A DNA stretch of 51,822 bases from Chiloscyllium plagiosum. Lineage: Eukaryota. Location: NCBI RefSeq assembly GCF_004010195.1, contig NC_057710.1, forward strand, positions 111,236,024-111,287,845. The letters are read 5' to 3'. The notes below the pieces were generated by a model, which worked only from the letters and a program-made list of their open reading frames with translations, made no database searches and was not told the DNA's origin. This document shows, piece by piece, positions 49,894 through 51,822 of this stretch (position 1 is the first letter of the stretch; each line of letters begins with the position of its first letter). Both the position numbers and the translations under genes were made by a program.

Positions 49894-50950
49894 CCTGGCT
49901 GTGATGGCTTGTTCAGTCACAACTTGACAAAAATTCACTGTCGAAGCTTGAATTGAAATGTCAATCTGTTGGACAATGTGCTGGTGAATTCCTATCACCT
50001 GAGCAAGTGTCACTATTTTCAGGGAAAGTGAAGGAAAACTTCCTTGGAGATCAGTGGAAATCTGGAATTGGAACTGGGAAAACCAAATCAGCAGCTCCAT
50101 TTCAACAACACAGCAGATCCAGTCAAGCCGCAGTTTGAAAATTGTGGGGCTTTTCAATCTTCTACTACAGACAGTTGACAGCCACTGTTTTCTTGAGAAA
50201 TACAGTCAAAGCATTGTGGGCTGATAATAATAAAAGTGGCGCCAGAGGAGTTTTGGTAGTGGGGGGGGGGGGAGCTGTGGGGTAGCAATCAACTGAGGGC
50301 GTCTTTAACATTTTGAAACATCCGTTTAAACTGGCTTCTCATTTCAGGAGAAAGTGGAAGGGCCAATATCCAGCAAACATTGTCACAAAGAACCAGTGCA
50401 AAACAGATGTGGGAAAAACAAACAGCAGCTTGCCATCTGAATTAGTAAAAAGGTCCTGCTCAATGCAAACAGACTCCATTCCTCACTCCAACTTCAACAA
50501 CCATAAAAAGGTCAGGCAAAACCCAACCCAGTGTACAGGACAGACACTGAGAACTTTACAATAGTTGGGAGCTTTTTCTTGGGCCGGCATAAACTTGGGA
50601 GCGATGAGGTACACAGGAAAAAAAAGTCTTTTCACTGTGACATTTAAGTATTAAAGACAAAATGAGTTAAGAATCGAATGCAGAAGACTGTTTATTCAAA
50701 TGCAGAACATAACTCCAACAACTAAGCCATAGATCTTGCTACTACAACAATAATTTACTTATAAGACATAGTCCTCTGTTACACTGGACTACAACAAAAC
50801 ATGTGTTAGTAGGGAGTGGGCTATACTCCCAGCACTGGGAATGTTGGTCTGGGGCTCTCCATTAATGGCTTCGAAAATGACCTCATCACTATCAGGCAGT
50901 AGTTCCAACATCGTATTGTCTGGGGGAGATTCTGAATTTGACAAACATTT

Positions 50951-51549
50951 GACTTGGAGTCCAGGTACATAGTTCTTTGAAAGTTGTGTGACACATAGAC
51001 AGGATAATTAAGAAGGCATTTAGCACACTTGCCTTCATTGCACAGACTATTAAATACAGGAGTTGGAACATTATGTTGAGGGAGTACAGGATGTTGCTGA
51101 CGCTTCTTCTGGAGTGCTGTATACAGTTCTGGTACCCCTGCTACAGGAAGAATATTATTGAATTGGAGAGGATTCAGAAAAAATTGACCAGGGTGTTGCT
51201 AGGACTGGAGGGTTTGAGTTATAAGGAGAAGCTAGATAGGCTGGGACCTTTTCCACTGGAGCATAGGAGGTTGAGGCATGGCTTTGTAGAGGCTCATAAT
51301 CATAAGGGGCACAGATAAGGTGAATAGCAAGAATATTTTCCTGGGTGGGGAAGTTCAAAACTATAGGGCATAATTTTAAGGTGAGAGGAGAAAGATTTAA
51401 AAAGGATCTAAGGGCCAACGTTTTCACACAGAGGGTGATTTGTACGTGGAATGAACTGCCAGAAGAGATGGTAGATGCCGGTACATTTACAACATTTCAT
51501 AGACATCTGGATAGGTACATGACTAGGAAACATTTAGAGGCATATGGCA
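50951..51549 (+). mobile_element. CR1 LINE 3' fragment truncated by a Penelope-like element
   Basis: DLGVQVHSSLKV, LECCIQFWYPCYRKNIIELERIQKK, GHNFKVRGERFKKDLRANVFTQRV..WNELP. Confidence 0.92.
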
Positions 51550-51822
51550 AAAGTGAGGACTGCAGATGCTGGAGATCAGAGTCAAGGTTAGAGTGTTGCT
51601 GGAAAAGCACAGCAGGTCAGGCAGCATCCAAGCAGCAGGAGAATCGACTTTTCGGGCAAAAGCCCTTCGTCAAGAAAGAGGCTGGGAGCCTCGGGGGTGG
51701 AGAAATAGATTGGAGGGGGTGGGGCTGGGGAGGGAAGGTAACTGAGAGAGCAATAGGTAGATGGAGGTGGGGGTGAAGATGATAGGTCAGAGACGAGGGT
51801 GGAGTGGATAGGTGGGGAGGAA
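51550..51822 (-). mobile_element. Penelope-like element terminus (runs off the window)
   Basis: Same terminal sequence as 18714 and 41177. Minus strand TTGACGA-AGGGC-TTTT-GCCC-GAAAA-GTC, preceded by a pyrimidine-rich tract. Confidence 0.85.

Noticed and set aside
51345-51776. 143-aa ORF as a novel fusion protein
   Set aside because: Chance read-through from a CR1 ORF2 fragment into an antisense Penelope-like terminus.
1-51822. Prokaryotic operon, CRISPR array or defence system
   Set aside because: No gene-dense ORFs and no regularly spaced direct repeats; the content is vertebrate interspersed repeats.

Overview
This is eukaryotic, AT-rich, repeat-dense DNA. The repeat families point to a cartilaginous fish, probably a shark (inference from HE1-type V-SINEs, HER1/CR1 LINE tails, SacSINE1-type DeuSINEs and shark-type Penelope termini, all recognised from memory rather than by search). 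I see no intact protein-coding gene, rRNA, tRNA gene, CRISPR array or prokaryotic system. Nearly all listed ORFs are retroelement fragments or chance ORFs. The window looks like large-intron or intergenic DNA. It holds about a dozen CR1-clade LINE pieces (one decayed, near-full-length), three SINE families, Penelope-like termini with minimal hammerhead-ribozyme motifs (two as long hairpins), a Harbinger-type element with a Myb/SANT relic, a probable solo LTR and microsatellites. The less obvious signals are (i) a heavily decayed pogo/CENP-B (POGZ-like) transposase relic at ~18.9-20.55 kb on the minus strand, (ii) weak candidate minus-strand exons of an unidentified host gene, and (iii) clusters of RFX X-box-like motifs. 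Repeat boundaries are approximate. I cannot support a claim of a wholly new biological system.
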